From NCBI RefSeq assembly GCF_030028105.1, contig NC_092371.1:212658031-212722030 (forward strand): a DNA stretch of 64,000 nt. Reading direction: 5' to 3'. Position numbers and translations under genes: made by a program. Below are positions 61,301-64,000 of this stretch, one piece after another. A model generated the notes under the pieces. The model worked only from the letters and a program-made list of their open reading frames with translations. It searched no databases and was not told the origin of the DNA. Origin of the DNA: Mobula birostris (taxonomy: Eukaryota). The first letter of the stretch is position 1, and every line of letters begins with the position of its first letter.

Positions 61301-61639
61301 GGAGAGGAGGGGAACAAAAGCAATGCTAAATTACAGCAAACAGAACACTACATTTGGAAATCCAGGCAGGAACTGTGGAGGGACTTAAGCAGTTAACATT
61401 GATGACCTTACTTTAGGCTGGTTATCTGAAATTATACAATTAAATACCAAGGGCTACAACATGGCAGCTGAAGGATAAGATGGTGTCCAGACACCTACGA
61501 GGGGCCTTGATTGGAACAGTGTGAAATACCAGCTAAGAGGGCAAGTTGGGTGGAGAATTTAACATGACAGGCAATAGTATAATTCTTTCAAATATTCCGC
61601 AAAACGGACACCAAAACTGTATTTAGTTGTTCCAATGAT

Positions 61640-62116
61640 AAGAGAAGGTTAAATCTCAGGATGGCGGGACTGTCATATGTTGAAAGATTGGAGTAACTGG
61701 GCTTGTATACACTGGAATTTAGAAGGATCAGAGGGGATCTGATTGAAACATATAAGATTATTAAGGGATTGGACACGCTGGAGGCAGGAAGCATGTTCCC
61801 TCTGATGGATGAGTCCAGAACCAGAGGCCACAGTTTAAGAATAAGGGGTAGGCCATTTAGAACGGAGTTGAGGGAAAACTTTTTCACCCAGAGAGTGGTG
61901 GATATGTGGAATGCTCTGCCCCAGAAGGCAGTGGAGGCCAAGTCTTTGGATGCTTTCAAGAAAGAGATGGATAGAGCTCTTAAAGATAGTGGAATCATAG
62001 GTTATGGGGATAAGGCAGGAACTGGATACTGATTGTGGATGATCAGCCATGATCACAGTGAATGGTGGTGCCAGCTCAAAGGGCCGAATGGCCTGCTCCT
62101 GCATCTATTGTCTATT
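61640..62116 (+). mobile_element. Young CR1 3' fragment
   Basis: Encodes YTLEFRRIRGDLIETYKIIKG...RTRGHSLRI...FFTQRVVDMWNALP, with a (CTATTGT)n-like tail. Confidence 0.9.
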
Positions 62117-62929
62117 AAGAGCATCACTACAGCACAACTACAGCTGCCTCATCTGGACCAAGTGCGGAAGTTCCTGGGTGATGGGAATTGAGGAAGTAAA
62201 AGATAGCGTTACATTTCCTGTTATTGCGGGGGAGGTGACATGCAAAGGAGGGTGGATGTTGGGAGAAACAGAAGAGTGAACCAAGCAATTGCTGAGGAAG
62301 CTGCCCCTTCGTGATGCTGGGGCATGTACCTGATATCAAAATCACACTGAAAGTGGCAGATGGATAGGGTGCAATACAAGGATAATGCAACCTTGCTCTG
62401 GGTGGGAGAAGAAGCACGACCAAAAGTATGAAAAATGGAACAGATGCATGTGATGCCCTAGCAACTGTGGTGCAAAGGAAACTCGTAAAGGAAAGAGGAA
62501 GACATCTGAAAACTGTTACTATAGCGTCAGAACTGGTAGGACAAGGACATTGAAAGTCAGAAGACAGAAACAGCGAGAAGATAAATGAGCTTTTCAAAAC
62601 TCTTTAACAGATGACAGCAAATCGCATTTTACTCCACCACTCAGCCCCTCCTCCGCGGAAGCCACTCCACCGCACCCCGCCAAAGAAGCCCTTTCCCCGG
62701 GAAACTACTCTACTGCCTCCCACCCCAAACTCATCCCATCTCCCAGAAAGCTGCTCCACTGTTTCTCTCCCCTCCCCGTCCCACAAACTCCCTTCATCTT
62801 TCCAACCTACCCCTTCTCCCGAAGTGCCGCTGTCCAACTCCCCACTCCCTCCTTCTCCCACAGAGGTACTTCAACAACGCCCCTCATCCACAGAAAGTTG
62901 CCCCGCACAGCCATCCACCAGCCTCCAAC

Positions 62930-63310
62930 ATCACTCAAGCCGCCGCCGACACGGACTGAGGTGCTACAGGTGACGTTTGCTTTCCCGAGGGCCACAGCCC
63001 GGGCTCCTGCACACTTTTCAAGTTGGCGGCCTCCCCGCTTGGGGACCGTCTTCCCGACGCAGCCGGATATCCATTCGGGCAGCCGCCTCGCAGCTCCGCG
63101 CACGACGCTTACCTCTGGTCGGACTGGCGGTGATGAGCAGCACCGCTCGGTTCCTCGCTTTCACCGCTCCCTCCACTCACGACGCCGTCCCCAGGGCGCA
63201 AGCGCGGGCCGACAGGACGTGACGCGCCGGAACAAGGCTCTGAAGTCACATGGACAGCGCCGCGGCCGGTTTTATCGTGGGACGGTAGTCGGACAATGTC
63301 GGGAAGTTTC
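62930..63310. promoter_or_regulatory. CpG island / promoter
   Basis: A sharp rise in GC and CpG against a CpG-depleted background. Contains CRE-like GACGTGACGC (about 63216-63225), ETS-like CCGGAA and GGAAGT, and a TGAAGTCA motif. Confidence 0.75.
63113..63190 (-). other. DNAJC5G: Probable non-coding exon 1 of DNAJC5G-like gene (5' boundary approximate)
   Basis: Consensus donor GAG|GTAAGC at 63113/63112 inside the CpG island. The ATG-bearing exon has its own acceptor, so an upstream exon is required. Confidence 0.65.
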
Positions 63311-64000
63311 TACTCCTCCGGAGAAGAAATAAAACTGTATAAACTAAAGATTTTATTGATAGAGTGGTGTGAATCTGGAAATCAATGCCTGAGTCGATAG
63401 GGCCGGCACAGGGCTCATTGAAAAAGTGGCTGAGCGAGGTTTGACGGTTTTACCTGCAGAGTGCTGGACCTTGAGTTGGAAGTACGATCATCTCTTTGCT
63501 GCCATACAGTTTCTCGGGCTAATGCTCTGCAATAAGATAATCGTCTTTCTGATGCTAGTCCTATGTTTGACCTCAGCTCTCCGCAGTTCGGTTAGAGCTG
63601 TCGGAAGCGCAGCACTGGGAGACTGGCGGAGCATTTGCGGTTCTCGGTTGCTTTAGCAAAAGAATAGATGGCTTTGAACTAAGTTTAGAGCCTAGAGTAA
63701 AGGATTCAGACAATCCCTGTAAATTCTTGCGTTGTGGTAAATCTGAATTATTTTTATGGTCAATAGTGGCTTCTGGTTATGGTGCTTGTGGCTGCCTGTG
63801 CCTCCAGATAACCAAGTCATAGTAACATCAGAACTGGAAACAGGAATACACCATTTGGTTCCTCGCAGCAGCTTAATCATTCGTAAAATGGCAGGTGGAA
63901 TTTATCCTGATAAATTCATTTAGAGAGGACTTTTAAGAATAGAATATATACAATGAATATGCAACTCTGTCCAGTAATACCTGAAGGTGGCAGCACAGAT

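Noticed and set aside
62604-63332. Several overlapping 80-145 aa ORFs
   Set aside because: Low-complexity Pro/Arg/Gly-rich translations are expected from a GC-rich CpG island, and no domain is recognisable.

Overview
This is eukaryotic (vertebrate) genomic DNA. The repeat content and protein sequences suggest a cartilaginous fish, probably a ray; this is an inference. Two spliced genes lie in tandem on the minus strand. The first is a complete cysteine-string-protein gene, DNAJC5G-like: a non-coding exon 1 in a CpG island at about 63.1 kb, then coding exons 53368-53259, 46217-46004, 44088-43926 and 31385-31303, giving 189 aa. The second is TRIM54/MuRF3, of which the first four exons are present (12743-12576, 12094-11922, 8531-8360, 8171-8076); no further exon was recognised, so the gene probably continues beyond the left edge. 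This matches the DNAJC5G-TRIM54 synteny known from other vertebrates. The rest is mostly decayed, often nested, transposable elements: CR1 (one near full length), Rex1/Babar, L2, RTE, L1-like, Penelope-like, SINEs, Tc1/Tigger/Harbinger elements and a Chapaev3-like transposon. The most notable observation is a family of short fold-back insertions. Four copies are flanked by 13-18 bp target-site duplications, and the family carries decayed minimal type I hammerhead-ribozyme motifs with covarying stem I, which suggests a non-autonomous Penelope-derived hairpin retroelement. Also notable are a decayed tandem duplicate of the cysteine-string exon with a shortened Cys run and a nested double fold-back. 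All calls were made by eye without database searches, and repeat boundaries are approximate.
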